Assembly (NCBI GenBank): GCA_965203165.1
Contig: OZ241849.1
Coordinates: forward strand, 2,766,861-2,830,860
Direction: 5' to 3'
Length of the DNA stretch: 64,000 bases
Origin: Dehalococcoidia bacterium
GTDB lineage: Bacteria > Chloroflexota > Dehalococcoidia > Bin125
Shown here: piece by piece, positions 1 through 8,466 of the stretch
Position numbering within the stretch: position 1 is the stretch's first letter
How the letters are laid out: each line of letters begins with the position of its first letter
Translations under genes and position numbers: made by a program
The notes under the pieces: generated by a model
Databases searched by the model: none
Told to the model about the DNA's origin: nothing
The model's input: the letters and a program-made list of their open reading frames with translations, nothing else

Positions 1-283
1 CCACATTCGCCGCGTCGCCGGCGACGGCCGCGCCGTCGGGCAGGCTGAGTTGCACTCTGGGCGAGCGGCGCTCCGCGGTCGGCTCCTCCACATAACTGGC
101 GGCGCATTGCAGCAGGCGCGGAATCTGCCGCGCGCTGCGCGTCTCGTCGGCCTCGCTGTCGCGCACCGCCCAGCCGCGGTCGCCCGCAATCCCGTTCGCG
201 TCCAGCAGCGATCGCTCGACGCGCTCGCCGCCCATCGACTTGACCGGGTAGCGCCAGATTTCCGCCACATGACCAACTCGCAT
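1..283 (-). CDS. MOSC domain protein, N-terminal part (gene runs off the window edge)
   Basis: Reverse-strand translation from ATG at 283: MRVGHVAEIWRYPVKSMGGERVERSLLDANGIAGDRGWAVRD..., the MOSC_N beta-barrel signature (YPVKS..G, GDR.WAV). Open to window edge. Confidence 0.6.
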   Translation of the reverse strand, partial: MRVGHVAEIWRYPVKSMGGERVERSLLDANGIAGDRGWAVRDSEADETRSARQIPRLLQCAASYVEEPTAERRSPRVQLSLPDGAAVAGDAANV

Positions 284-358
284 CGCACACTCTCCGTCCC
301 GAAACGTGCGCCGCGCTACAGAACGCGGCTGCGGGAGAGGGTAGCGAATCGCCAATCT

Positions 359-373
359 GTACCGATATGGTAC
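359..373. promoter_or_regulatory. Inverted repeat GTACC-N5-GGTAC upstream of cysD (candidate operator)
   Basis: gtaccgatatggtac lies about 40-55 bp upstream of the likely cysD start and is followed by tactat. No regulator identified. Confidence 0.2.
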
Positions 374-414
374 TATTTGTCAACATTCGGTCCGACCGAC
401 CCCCGGAGATGCCG

Positions 415-1362
415 ATGGTCAGCAGCACAGCCGCGCCGCCCCGCACGCACGCCGAAGCAGAGACGCGCTCCGAGTCGCTCGCCTGGCTTGAAGCCGAGGG
501 CATCCACATCATCCGCGAGGTGGCGGCCGAGTGCGAGCGCCCCGTGCTGCTCTTCTCCGGCGGCAAGGACTCGATTGTGATGCTGCGGCTGGCGGAGAAG
601 GCCTTCTGGCCCGCGCGGATTCCGTTTCCGGTGATGCACGTCGACACCGGCCACAACTTCCCCGAAGCGATCGAGTTCCGCGACCGCCGCGCGGCGGAGT
701 TGGAGGTGGAGCTGATCGTCGCCTCCGTGCAGGACAGCATCGACGCCGGGCGGGTGGTGGAGGAGACCGGCCCTCGCGCCTCGCGCAATCGGCTGCAAAC
801 CGTGACGCTGTTGGACGCGATTGCGGAGCGGCGCTTCGACGCGCTGTTCGGCGGGGCGCGGCGCGACGAAGAGAAGGCGCGGGCCAAGGAGCGCATCTTC
901 TCGTTCCGCGACGCCTTCGGGCAGTGGGACCCCAAGAGCCAGCGTCCGGAGTTGTGGAATCTGTACAACGGGAGTCTGCGGCCGGGCGAGCACATTCGGG
1001 CGTTTCCGCTGTCGAACTGGACGGAGCTCGATGTGTGGCAGTACATCCGCGAGGAGCGGCTGGAGATTCCGTCGATCTATTTCGCGCACGAGCGGGAGAT
1101 GTTCGAGCGCGACGGGATGCTGTTTCCGGTGAGCGAGTATGTGGAGCGCTTGCCGGATGAGGCGGCGTTTGATGCGGAGGTGCGGTTTCGCACGGTAGGG
1201 GACATGACCTGCACCGCCGGGGTGCGCTCGACGGCGCGGACGATTGAGGCGGTGGTGGCGGAGATCGCGGCGACGCGGATCACCGAGCGCGGCGAAACGC
1301 GCGCCGACGACCGCTTCTCGGAAGCGGCCATGGAAGACCGCAAGCGCGAGGGGTATTTCTAG
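415..1362 (+). CDS. cysD: Sulfate adenylyltransferase subunit 2
   Basis: ORF 367..1362. PAPS-reductase-fold motifs LLFSGGKDSIVML, HVDTGHNFPE and C-terminal RADDR..EDRKREGYF. Start placed at ATG 415 behind GGAG (405-408); ATG 367/409 are possible. Confidence 0.9.
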   Translation: MVSSTAAPPRTHAEAETRSESLAWLEAEGIHIIREVAAECERPVLLFSGGKDSIVMLRLAEKAFWPARIPFPVMHVDTGHNFPEAIEFRDRRAAELEVELIVASVQDSIDAGRVVEETGPRASRNRLQTVTLLDAIAERRFDALFGGARRDEEKARAKERIFSFRDAFGQWDPKSQRPELWNLYNGSLRPGEHIRAFPLSNWTELDVWQYIREERLEIPSIYFAHEREMFERDGMLFPVSEYVERLPDEAAFDAEVRFRTVGDMTCTAGVRSTARTIEAVVAEIAATRITERGETRADDRFSEAAMEDRKREGYF

Positions 1363-1364
1363 GC

Positions 1365-2663
1365 GTGCCGGGCGCCGCAGAAACCGCCGCGCAGCGAGCG
1401 ACGCCGACCGTGCTGCGGCTGGCGACGGCCGGGTCGGTGGACGACGGCAAGAGCACGCTGATCGGCCGGCTGCTGTTCGATTCGCGCCAGACATTCATTG
1501 ACCAGATGGAGGCGATCGAGCGGACGAGTCGCTCGCGGGGGACGGACTACGTCGATCTCGCGCTGCTGACGGACGGGCTGCGCTCGGAGCGCGAGCAGGG
1601 GATCACGATCGATGTGGCCTACCGCTACTTCCAGACGCCGCGGCGCAAGTTCATCCTGGCGGATACGCCGGGGCATGTGCAGTACACGCGGAATATGGTG
1701 ACCGGAGCGTCAACGGCGGATGCGGCGCTGCTGCTGGTGGACGCGCGGAACGGCGTCGTGGAGCAGACACGGCGGCACGCCTACCTTTCGGCGCTGCTGG
1801 GGATTCGGCATTTCGTGCTGTGCGTGAACAAGATGGATTTGGTGGATTGGGATCGCGGGGCGTACGAGCCGATTGTGGAGGAGTTGACGCGGTTCGCGGG
1901 TCGGATGGGCGTGGAGGATGTGCGGGCCATTCCGATCTCTGCCCTGCACGGCGACAACGTGGTCGAGCGCTCGGCGCGCGCCGACTGGCACGACGGCCCT
2001 GCCCTGCTGGCGCTGCTGGAGACGCTCGATGTGAGCGAGCGCGATGCGGGCGTCGGCGGGCGCTTCCCCGTGCAGTATGTGATCCGTCCGCAGCGCAGCG
2101 ACTTCCCCGATTACCGCGGCTACGCGGGGACGGTGGCGGCCGGCCGGCTGCGGGTGGGCGATGCGGTGCGAGTGCTGCCGGCGGGGCAAGAGACGACGAT
2201 CGCGGCGATCGACACCTTCGACGGGCCGGCCGCGTTCGCCGAGCCGCCGATGGCCGTCACGCTGCGGCTGGCGGACGATCTGGATGTGGCGCGCGGCTCG
2301 ATGATCTGCGCCTTGGATGGGAATGCGCAGCCGACGGCCGCGCGGGCGATCGAGGCGCATGTCTGCTGGATGAGCGGGGAGACGGCGATGCAGGAGGGCG
2401 GGCGGCTGCTGATCAAGCAGACGACGCAGACGACGCGGGCGCTGGTGGAAGAGGTCACGGCGCGGCTGGATGTGAACACGCTGGATTACGATCTGACGGC
2501 GCGGCAGCTCTCGCTGAACGAGATCGGGCGGGTGCGGCTGCGGCTGATGACGCCGCTTTGCGTGGATGCGTATGAGCGGAGCCGCGCGACGGGCGCGTTT
2601 ATCCTGATCGACGAAGCGACTCGGGCGACGGTGGGCGCGGGGATGGTGAACGGCGCGGAATGA
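1365..2663 (+). CDS. cysN: Sulfate adenylyltransferase subunit 1 (GTPase; no fused APS kinase)
   Basis: P-loop GSVDDGKSTLIGRLL, DTPGH and NKMD GTPase motifs. Lies immediately after cysD (3-nt gap). Confidence 0.9.
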   Translation: MPGAAETAAQRATPTVLRLATAGSVDDGKSTLIGRLLFDSRQTFIDQMEAIERTSRSRGTDYVDLALLTDGLRSEREQGITIDVAYRYFQTPRRKFILADTPGHVQYTRNMVTGASTADAALLLVDARNGVVEQTRRHAYLSALLGIRHFVLCVNKMDLVDWDRGAYEPIVEELTRFAGRMGVEDVRAIPISALHGDNVVERSARADWHDGPALLALLETLDVSERDAGVGGRFPVQYVIRPQRSDFPDYRGYAGTVAAGRLRVGDAVRVLPAGQETTIAAIDTFDGPAAFAEPPMAVTLRLADDLDVARGSMICALDGNAQPTAARAIEAHVCWMSGETAMQEGGRLLIKQTTQTTRALVEEVTARLDVNTLDYDLTARQLSLNEIGRVRLRLMTPLCVDAYERSRATGAFILIDEATRATVGAGMVNGAE

Positions 2664-2667
2664 CTGG

Positions 2668-3582
2668 GTGCGAACGATGAGCAGAGCGGCGCGGCTGATC
2701 GCGGCCGGCCTGATCGCCGCCTGGCTCGCGCTGCCGGCGCTGTTTGGGGCGGCCTGCGGCGGCGAGCCGGAAGGTCCGCTTGATCCCGACACGCTGATCC
2801 TGGCCACGACCACCAGCCTCAACGACAGCGGGCTGCTCGACGAGCTCGCGTCGCTCTTCGCGCAGGAGCAGGACGTAACGGTGAAGATCATCGCGGTGGG
2901 CACCGGCGCAGCGCTGCGGATGGGCGAGCAGGGCGACGCCGATGTGCTGCTGACGCACGCGCCGGACGCGGAGCGGGCATTGCTGGAGAACGGCGACGTG
3001 AGCGACCGCGTGCTGGTCGCCTACAACGATTTCGTGCTGATCGGCCCGGCAGACGACCCGGCCGGCGTGGCCGGGATGGACGACGCGGCGGCGGCGCTGG
3101 CGCGGATCAGCGAGGCGGGCCGGGCCGGCGGCGCGGCGTTCGCCTCGCGCGGCGACGACAGCGGCACGCACAAGAAGGAGCGCGCGCTGTGGCAGGCGAG
3201 CGGCGTCGAGCCGGGCGGGGAGTGGTATCTCGAAACCGGGCAGGGGATGGGTGGCACGCTCAACGTGGCGGACCAGCGCGAGGCTTACACCCTGGCCGAC
3301 CGCGGCACCTTCCTCGCGCTGAGCGGGCGACTCCAGCTGACCGTGCTGGTGCAAGGCGACGCGCGGTTGCTCAACTACTACAGCGTGATGCCCGTCGCCG
3401 CCGACAAGCGCGGCATCAACGCGGCGGCCGCGGCCGAGTGGGTGGAGTTTCTCACGCGGGGCGACATTCAGGCGCGGATCGGCGCGTATCGCCGCGTGGA
3501 GTACGGACGCTCGCTGTTCGTGCCGGCGGCGGGGGACAGCGAGGCGGCGATCGCCGCGCGGGGCGGCGCGCCGCGCGAGTAG
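2668..3582 (+). CDS. ABC transporter periplasmic oxyanion-binding protein, TupA-like (tungstate/molybdate class)
   Basis: Signal peptide/lipobox-like AACGG. The motif LATTTSLNDSGLLDEL resembles the TupA TTTS..SGL anion-binding motif. Followed by permease and ATPase genes. Confidence 0.7.
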   Translation: MRTMSRAARLIAAGLIAAWLALPALFGAACGGEPEGPLDPDTLILATTTSLNDSGLLDELASLFAQEQDVTVKIIAVGTGAALRMGEQGDADVLLTHAPDAERALLENGDVSDRVLVAYNDFVLIGPADDPAGVAGMDDAAAALARISEAGRAGGAAFASRGDDSGTHKKERALWQASGVEPGGEWYLETGQGMGGTLNVADQREAYTLADRGTFLALSGRLQLTVLVQGDARLLNYYSVMPVAADKRGINAAAAAEWVEFLTRGDIQARIGAYRRVEYGRSLFVPAAGDSEAAIAARGGAPRE

Positions 3583-3612
3583 CCTCGCAGGAGCAACCGG
3601 AGAGGCGGAGCC

Positions 3613-4308
3613 TTGGATCTGATCTGGGACGGGCTGCGCGAGGCGGCGCGGCTCTGGGCGCAGGGCGACGCGGAGGTGATCGCGATCACCCTGCGCACGC
3701 TGGCGATTTCGGCGGCGGCGACCGCGCTGGCGCTGGCGCTGGGCGTGCCGCTCGGCGCGCTGCTCGCGCTGCGCCGCTTCCCCGGACGCGGGCTGATTGT
3801 CGCCGCCGTCAACACCGGGCTGGGCATGCCGCCGGTCGTCGTGGGGCTGGTGATCGTGCTCTTGCTCTGGCGCAGCGGGCCGCTCGGCGCGCTCAACCTG
3901 ATCTACACGCCCTACGCGATGGTGGCGGCGCAGTTTCTGCTGGCGCTGCCGCTCGTGATCGGCTTTTCGCTCACCGCAATTCAGGCGCTGCCGTCGAAGC
4001 TGCTCGAGCAGATGCGCGCGCTGGGCGCGAACCGCGCGCAAATGCTCTGGCTGATCATGCGCGAGACGCGGCTGGGCGTGCTGGCCGCGGTGATGGCCGG
4101 CTTCGGCGCGGCCATTTCGGAAGTCGGCGCGTCGATGCAGGTGGGCGGCAACCTGGCCGGCGAGACGCGCGTGCTGACGACCGCGACAGTGCTGGAGACG
4201 AGCCGCGGCAACTTCGAGCTGGCAATTGCGCTGGGCCTGATCCTCGTGGTGATGGCCTACCTCGTGAATCTGGCGCTGACCACAGTGCAGCAGCGCCGCA
4301 CGGTCTGA
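3613..4308 (+). CDS. ABC transporter permease (TupB-like)
   Basis: 231 aa, multi-TM, binding-protein-dependent transport inner-membrane component pattern. Sits between the SBP and ATPase genes. TTG start. Confidence 0.75.
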   Translation: MDLIWDGLREAARLWAQGDAEVIAITLRTLAISAAATALALALGVPLGALLALRRFPGRGLIVAAVNTGLGMPPVVVGLVIVLLLWRSGPLGALNLIYTPYAMVAAQFLLALPLVIGFSLTAIQALPSKLLEQMRALGANRAQMLWLIMRETRLGVLAAVMAGFGAAISEVGASMQVGGNLAGETRVLTTATVLETSRGNFELAIALGLILVVMAYLVNLALTTVQQRRTV

Positions 4309-4326
4309 ACGGTCTGAGCGATCATC

Positions 4327-5448
4327 GTGTCCGACGCGCAGAGCGGCCCCCACCTGGAAATCCGCGATCTCGTCGTGGCGCGCGGCGGTCGCACGGTGCT
4401 TTCGATTCCTCAGCTGCGGCTGGGTCGGCGCGAGGTGACGGCGGTGATCGGTCCCAACGGGAGCGGCAAGAGCACGCTGCTGGCGGCGCTGCAACTGCTG
4501 CTGCCGCGCGAGCGGGGCGAGCTGCTGCTGGACGGCGCGCCGATCGACGGCGACCCCGTGATGGCGCGGCGGCGGATGGCGGCGGCGTTCCAGGAGCCGC
4601 TGCTGCTGAGTATGTCGGTGCGCGAGAACGTCGAGCTGCCGCTGCGCCTGCGCGGGGCGGGTCGGCGCGAGCGGCGCAAGGCGGCGGAGGAGTGGCTGGA
4701 GCGCTTCGGGATCGCGGCGCTGGCGCGGCGCGGCGCGCGCGCGCTGTCGGGCGGTGAAGCGCAGCGGGTCAGTCTGGCGCGGGCGTTCGCGGCGCGCCCC
4801 GAGCTGCTGCTGCTGGACGAGCCGTTCGCCGGGCTCGACGCGCCGACGCGGGCGCAGCTGCTGGAGGATTTCGCGCAGATTCTGGCCGAGGCGCGGCCGA
4901 CGACGCTGCTGGTCACCCACGACCGCGCCGAGGCCCTGCGCCTGGCCGACCGCGTGGCGGTGCTGATCGAGGGCCGACTGCGGCAGTGGGGCACGCCGGA
5001 CGAGGTGTTCAGCACGCCGGCCGACGAGCAGGTGGCGGCATTCGTAGGCGTGGAAAACGTCTGGCCGGGGCGCTTAATCGAAGAGCGCGAGGGCCTCGCA
5101 ATTTGGCGCTGCGGCCCGCTGACGGTCGAGACGGCCGCCATAACCGGCGCGGGCGCGGCGTTTCTCTGCGTCCGCCCGGAGCAGGTCACGCTTTCGACCG
5201 CCTGCCGCGCGGGGGATCCGTCGAGCGCCCGGAACCACGCGGCGGGGCGGATTGTGGGCGCGTACAGCGAGGGCGCGTTCATGCGGGTGACGCTGGAGGT
5301 AGAGGGCGGCGAGGGCGCGCGGGTAAGCGCGGATATCTCGCGCGTGTCGTGGGAGGAGTTGGCTCTGGCGGTAGGCCAGCGCGTGGAGGCGGCGTTCAAG
5401 GCGAGCGCGGTGCACGTAATCCCCCACAGCGAGGGCGGCGGGGGCTGA
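4327..5448 (+). CDS. ABC transporter ATP-binding protein with C-terminal TOBE-like domain
   Basis: Walker A GPNGSGKST, signature LSGGEAQRV, Walker B LLLLDEP. About 130-aa C-terminal extension as in ModC/WtpC-type ATPases. Confidence 0.85.
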   Translation: MSDAQSGPHLEIRDLVVARGGRTVLSIPQLRLGRREVTAVIGPNGSGKSTLLAALQLLLPRERGELLLDGAPIDGDPVMARRRMAAAFQEPLLLSMSVRENVELPLRLRGAGRRERRKAAEEWLERFGIAALARRGARALSGGEAQRVSLARAFAARPELLLLDEPFAGLDAPTRAQLLEDFAQILAEARPTTLLVTHDRAEALRLADRVAVLIEGRLRQWGTPDEVFSTPADEQVAAFVGVENVWPGRLIEEREGLAIWRCGPLTVETAAITGAGAAFLCVRPEQVTLSTACRAGDPSSARNHAAGRIVGAYSEGAFMRVTLEVEGGEGARVSADISRVSWEELALAVGQRVEAAFKASAVHVIPHSEGGGG

Positions 5449-5461
5449 GCGTTGGACCCAG

Positions 5462-6085
5462 CGTCACGCCCGCGCAACCAACTCCGCCACACCCGCGCAA
5501 CCAACTCCGCCACACCCGCGCAACCAGATCCGTCATACCCGCGCTTGCCGCGGGTATCTCGCCGCGCTGCGCACCAAGCCCCGTCCACGCCTCCCCGCCC
5601 CCGCGCAAAACAGACCCGCCGCCCCCACGCACGCCACTCCGTCACACCCGCGCAACAGCCCCGCCACGCCCGCGCAAAGCCCCGTCACACCCGCGCAACA
5701 GCCCCGCCACACCCGCGCAAACAACTGCGTCACACCCGCGCGAGCAGATCCGTCATACCCGCGCGAGCAAATTCGTCATACCCGCGCCCCGCCGCGGGTA
5801 TCTCGCCGCGCACAGCGCCAAGCCCCGTCCCCACCTCCCCCCCGCCCACTCCCGCCCCCGCCGCACCCCAACGCCGCCGTACCCGCGCGCAACCAGATCC
5901 GTCATACCCGCGCTTGCCGCGGGTATCTCGCCGCGCACAGCACCAAGCCCCGTCCCTACCTCCCCCCCGCCCACTCCCGCCCCCGCCGCACCCCAACGCC
6001 GCCATACCCGTGCTCAAAGAGATCCGTCATACCCGCGCTTGCCGCGGGTATCTCGCCGCGCACAGCACCCAAGCCCCACCTCCAA
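5462..6085. repeat. Family-1 palindromic (REP/MITE-like) repeat array
   Basis: Several copies of CCGTCATACCCGCGCTTGCCGCGGGTATCTCGCCGCG (stem ATACCCGCG/CGCGGGTAT), preceded by 21-25 bp iterations of the half-site CCG(T/C)CA(T/C)ACCCGCGC. Confidence 0.9.
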
Positions 6086-6164
6086 GTCGCCCAAGCAACA
6101 CACCAACACCCCACCCCCGCCGCACCGCGCTACATTGACCACATCACCAGAACAGGAGTGCGCA

Positions 6165-7310
6165 ATGAACATCTCCCCCCAACGCCGCAACCGCATCCGA
6201 CGGGCCCACCAACTCCGCCAACAAGGCCACACCCTCCGCAGCATCGCCCAGCAACTCGGCGTCTCCCACCCCACCATCATCGACGACCTCGCCCTGCTCG
6301 AAACCGACCGCATCCCGCTCACCCTCACCATCATCCACGACCTGCTCATCGCCCACAGCCTCGATCTCCACGACCGCGTCAACAGCCTCATCCGGCGCGA
6401 CCCGCTCCAGCCGCTCACCCGCTTCAGCGCCGCCAAGCCCGACGGCGAACCGGTCAGCCTCGACGCCGAAGCCGGCCCCGAGCAGATCGCCCGCTTCGAA
6501 GCCCTCCACGACCGCGCGCTCAACAACGCCCTGCGCGAATTCCGCCTCGCCCTGCGCGAACTCGACCGCGCCACCACCTTCGTCAAAAACCAACCCGCCG
6601 ACTTCCCCCCCGAACAACTCGCCGCCCCCGACCTACCAACACCTACCAAACCTGACCACGACCAACCTCCCCAGCCGACCGACCCCGACCTACCAACACC
6701 TACCAAACCTGACCACGCCCAACCCCCCCAACCGACCGCCCCCGACCTACCAACGCCTACCAAACCTGACCACGCCCAACCCCCCCAACTCGCCGCCCCC
6801 GACCTACCAACACCTACCAAACCTGACCACGCCCAACCCCCCCAACTCGCCGCCCCCGACCTACCAACACCTACCAAACCTGACCACGCCCAGCCCCCCC
6901 AGCCGACCGACCCCGATCTACCAACGCCTACCAACACTGACCACGCCCAACCCCCCCAACTCGCCGCCCCCGACCTACCAACGCCTACCAAACCTGACCA
7001 CGCCCAACCCCCCCAGCCGACTGACCCCGACCTACCAACGCCTACCACCACCTACCACGACCAACCCCCCCGACCAGATACGGAACCGCCCCAATCAGCC
7101 GGCGCCCCGAACTCCGACCAGCCCGCCGCCCAGCGCCTCACCTTCGATCAACTCCACACCATCCTCGAAGCCGACCCGCCCCAAATCGAAACCCTCCGCC
7201 AACTCCTCCAACACCCCGAACGCTTCCCCGAACTCCCCCCCGAACTCCTCCAACCCATGCAGCGCATCATCGCCGACGCCCTCGCCGACCCCGACCCCGT
7301 CCCCACCTGA
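6165..7310 (+). CDS. HTH-domain protein with Pro/Thr-rich 19-aa tandem repeats
   Basis: ATG 6165 preceded by AGGAG (6154-6158). N-terminal HTH-like RRAHQLRQQGHTLRSIAQQLGVSHPTIIDDL, followed by 8 x PDLPTPTKPDHAQPPQ(PT/LA)x. The 4986.. extension of the ORF is repeat-array translation. Confidence 0.6.
   Translation: MNISPQRRNRIRRAHQLRQQGHTLRSIAQQLGVSHPTIIDDLALLETDRIPLTLTIIHDLLIAHSLDLHDRVNSLIRRDPLQPLTRFSAAKPDGEPVSLDAEAGPEQIARFEALHDRALNNALREFRLALRELDRATTFVKNQPADFPPEQLAAPDLPTPTKPDHDQPPQPTDPDLPTPTKPDHAQPPQPTAPDLPTPTKPDHAQPPQLAAPDLPTPTKPDHAQPPQLAAPDLPTPTKPDHAQPPQPTDPDLPTPTNTDHAQPPQLAAPDLPTPTKPDHAQPPQPTDPDLPTPTTTYHDQPPRPDTEPPQSAGAPNSDQPAAQRLTFDQLHTILEADPPQIETLRQLLQHPERFPELPPELLQPMQRIIADALADPDPVPT
6630..7085 (+). 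repeat. 57-bp tandem repeat, 8 copies, inside CDS 6165..7310
   Basis: gacctaccaac... recurs at 6630, 6687, 6744, 6801, 6858, 6915, 6972 and 7029, an exact 57-bp period. Confidence 0.95.
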
Positions 7311-7335
7311 CCACCCACACATCCACCACCCCTGC

Positions 7336-8129
7336 CCCGTCATACCCGCGAGCAAGGGTCCGCCACCCCCACGCGAGCAAGGGTCCGCCACCCCCGCGCG
7401 AGCAGACCCGCCACCCCCACGCAAGCAAGCTCCGCCACCCCCGCGCGAGCAAGCTCCGTCATACCCGCGCTTGCCGCGGGTATCTCGCCGCGCTGCGCAC
7501 CAAGCCCCGTCCACGCCTCCCCGGCCCCGTGCAGGACAGACCCGCACCCCCGCGCGAGCAATGGGCCCGCCACATCCACGCGAGCAAGGGTCCGCCACCC
7601 CCGCGCGAGCAGATCCGTCATACCCGCGCTTGTCGCGGGTATCTCGCCGCGCTGCGCACCAAGCCCCGTCCACGCCCCCCCGGCCCCGTGCAGGACAGAC
7701 CCGCACCCCCACGCGAGCAAGCTCCGTCACCCCCACGCAAGCAAGCTCCGTCACCCCCACGCGAGCAAGCTCCGCCACCCCCGCGCAAGCAAGCTCCGTC
7801 ACACCCGCGCGAAAAAGATCCGTCATACCCGCGCTTGCCGCGGGTATCTCGCCGCGCTGCGCACCAAGCCCCGCCCACGCCTCCCCGGCCCCGTGCAGGA
7901 CAGACCCGCCACCCCCACGCAAGAAAGCCCCGTCATACCCCCGCGCAAAGAGCTCCGTCATACCCGCGCTTGCCGCGGGTATCCCACCCAGCTGCGCACC
8001 AAGCCCCGTCCACGCCTCCCCCACTTCGCCCAGCGACCCCCTGTGCGCCTCCGTCGTTCCCGCGCGGGGATAAGCGACGGGGCCGTGCAGGACTCCGCGA
8101 GATACCCGTGGCGAGCGCGGGTACGACGG
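7336..8129. repeat. Family-1 palindromic repeat array ending in an inverted-pair (MITE-like) unit 7955..8129
   Basis: Full hairpin units occur near 7460, 7615, 7830 and 7955. A reverse-orientation copy (gagatacccgtggcgagcgcgggtacgacgg) lies at 8099-8129. Confidence 0.9.
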
Positions 8130-8131
8130 AG

Positions 8132-8461
8132 CTAGTTTGGGCGGTTGGGGTTCGCTTTGCCGGCTTTGGCAAGCTTGATGCCGAAGAGTTTGGCGAGCTC
8201 GTCAATGCGCGGCTCGGTGGCGACATGCTCACCGTTGATCAAAATCGTCGGCGTCGAGCGGTAGCCGCCGTTGAGCGCCTCAACCGCCTTGGCCGCATCT
8301 TCATCCTCGTCGATATCGATGGCGCGGTAGGCGATTTCGTGCTCGTCAAGAAAACTCACAGCGCGGCGGCTGTCGCCGCACCACTCGGTGGTGTAGACGA
8401 GCACATCGCGCGCCTCGCCAGCGTCCTGTTGGCCGCTCTGTTGATCTGTTGCGTCGCTCAT
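8132..8461 (-). CDS. Glutaredoxin-like (thioredoxin-fold) protein with CxxS motif
   Basis: VLVYTTEWCGDSRRAVSFLDEHEIAYRAIDID...STPTILINGEHV is the Grx/NrdH-type pattern. Lies 5 nt downstream of pyk on the same strand. Confidence 0.7.
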   Translation of the reverse strand: MSDATDQQSGQQDAGEARDVLVYTTEWCGDSRRAVSFLDEHEIAYRAIDIDEDEDAAKAVEALNGGYRSTPTILINGEHVATEPRIDELAKLFGIKLAKAGKANPNRPN

Positions 8462-8466
8462 GCCGA

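Noticed and set aside
2599-4920. 773-aa ORF on the minus strand
   Set aside because: It is antisense to three well-supported transporter genes. Its Arg/Pro/Gln-rich, low-complexity translation is typical of spurious long ORFs in high-GC DNA.
5452-6138. Many 60-230-aa ORFs across the repeat arrays (also 7471..8073, 10995..11680, 16115..16821) encoding recurring PRVSRRAAHQAPS / PSYPRLPRVSRR peptides
   Set aside because: The recurring peptide is simply the translation of the palindromic repeat unit in either orientation. The ORFs exist on both strands and in several frames.
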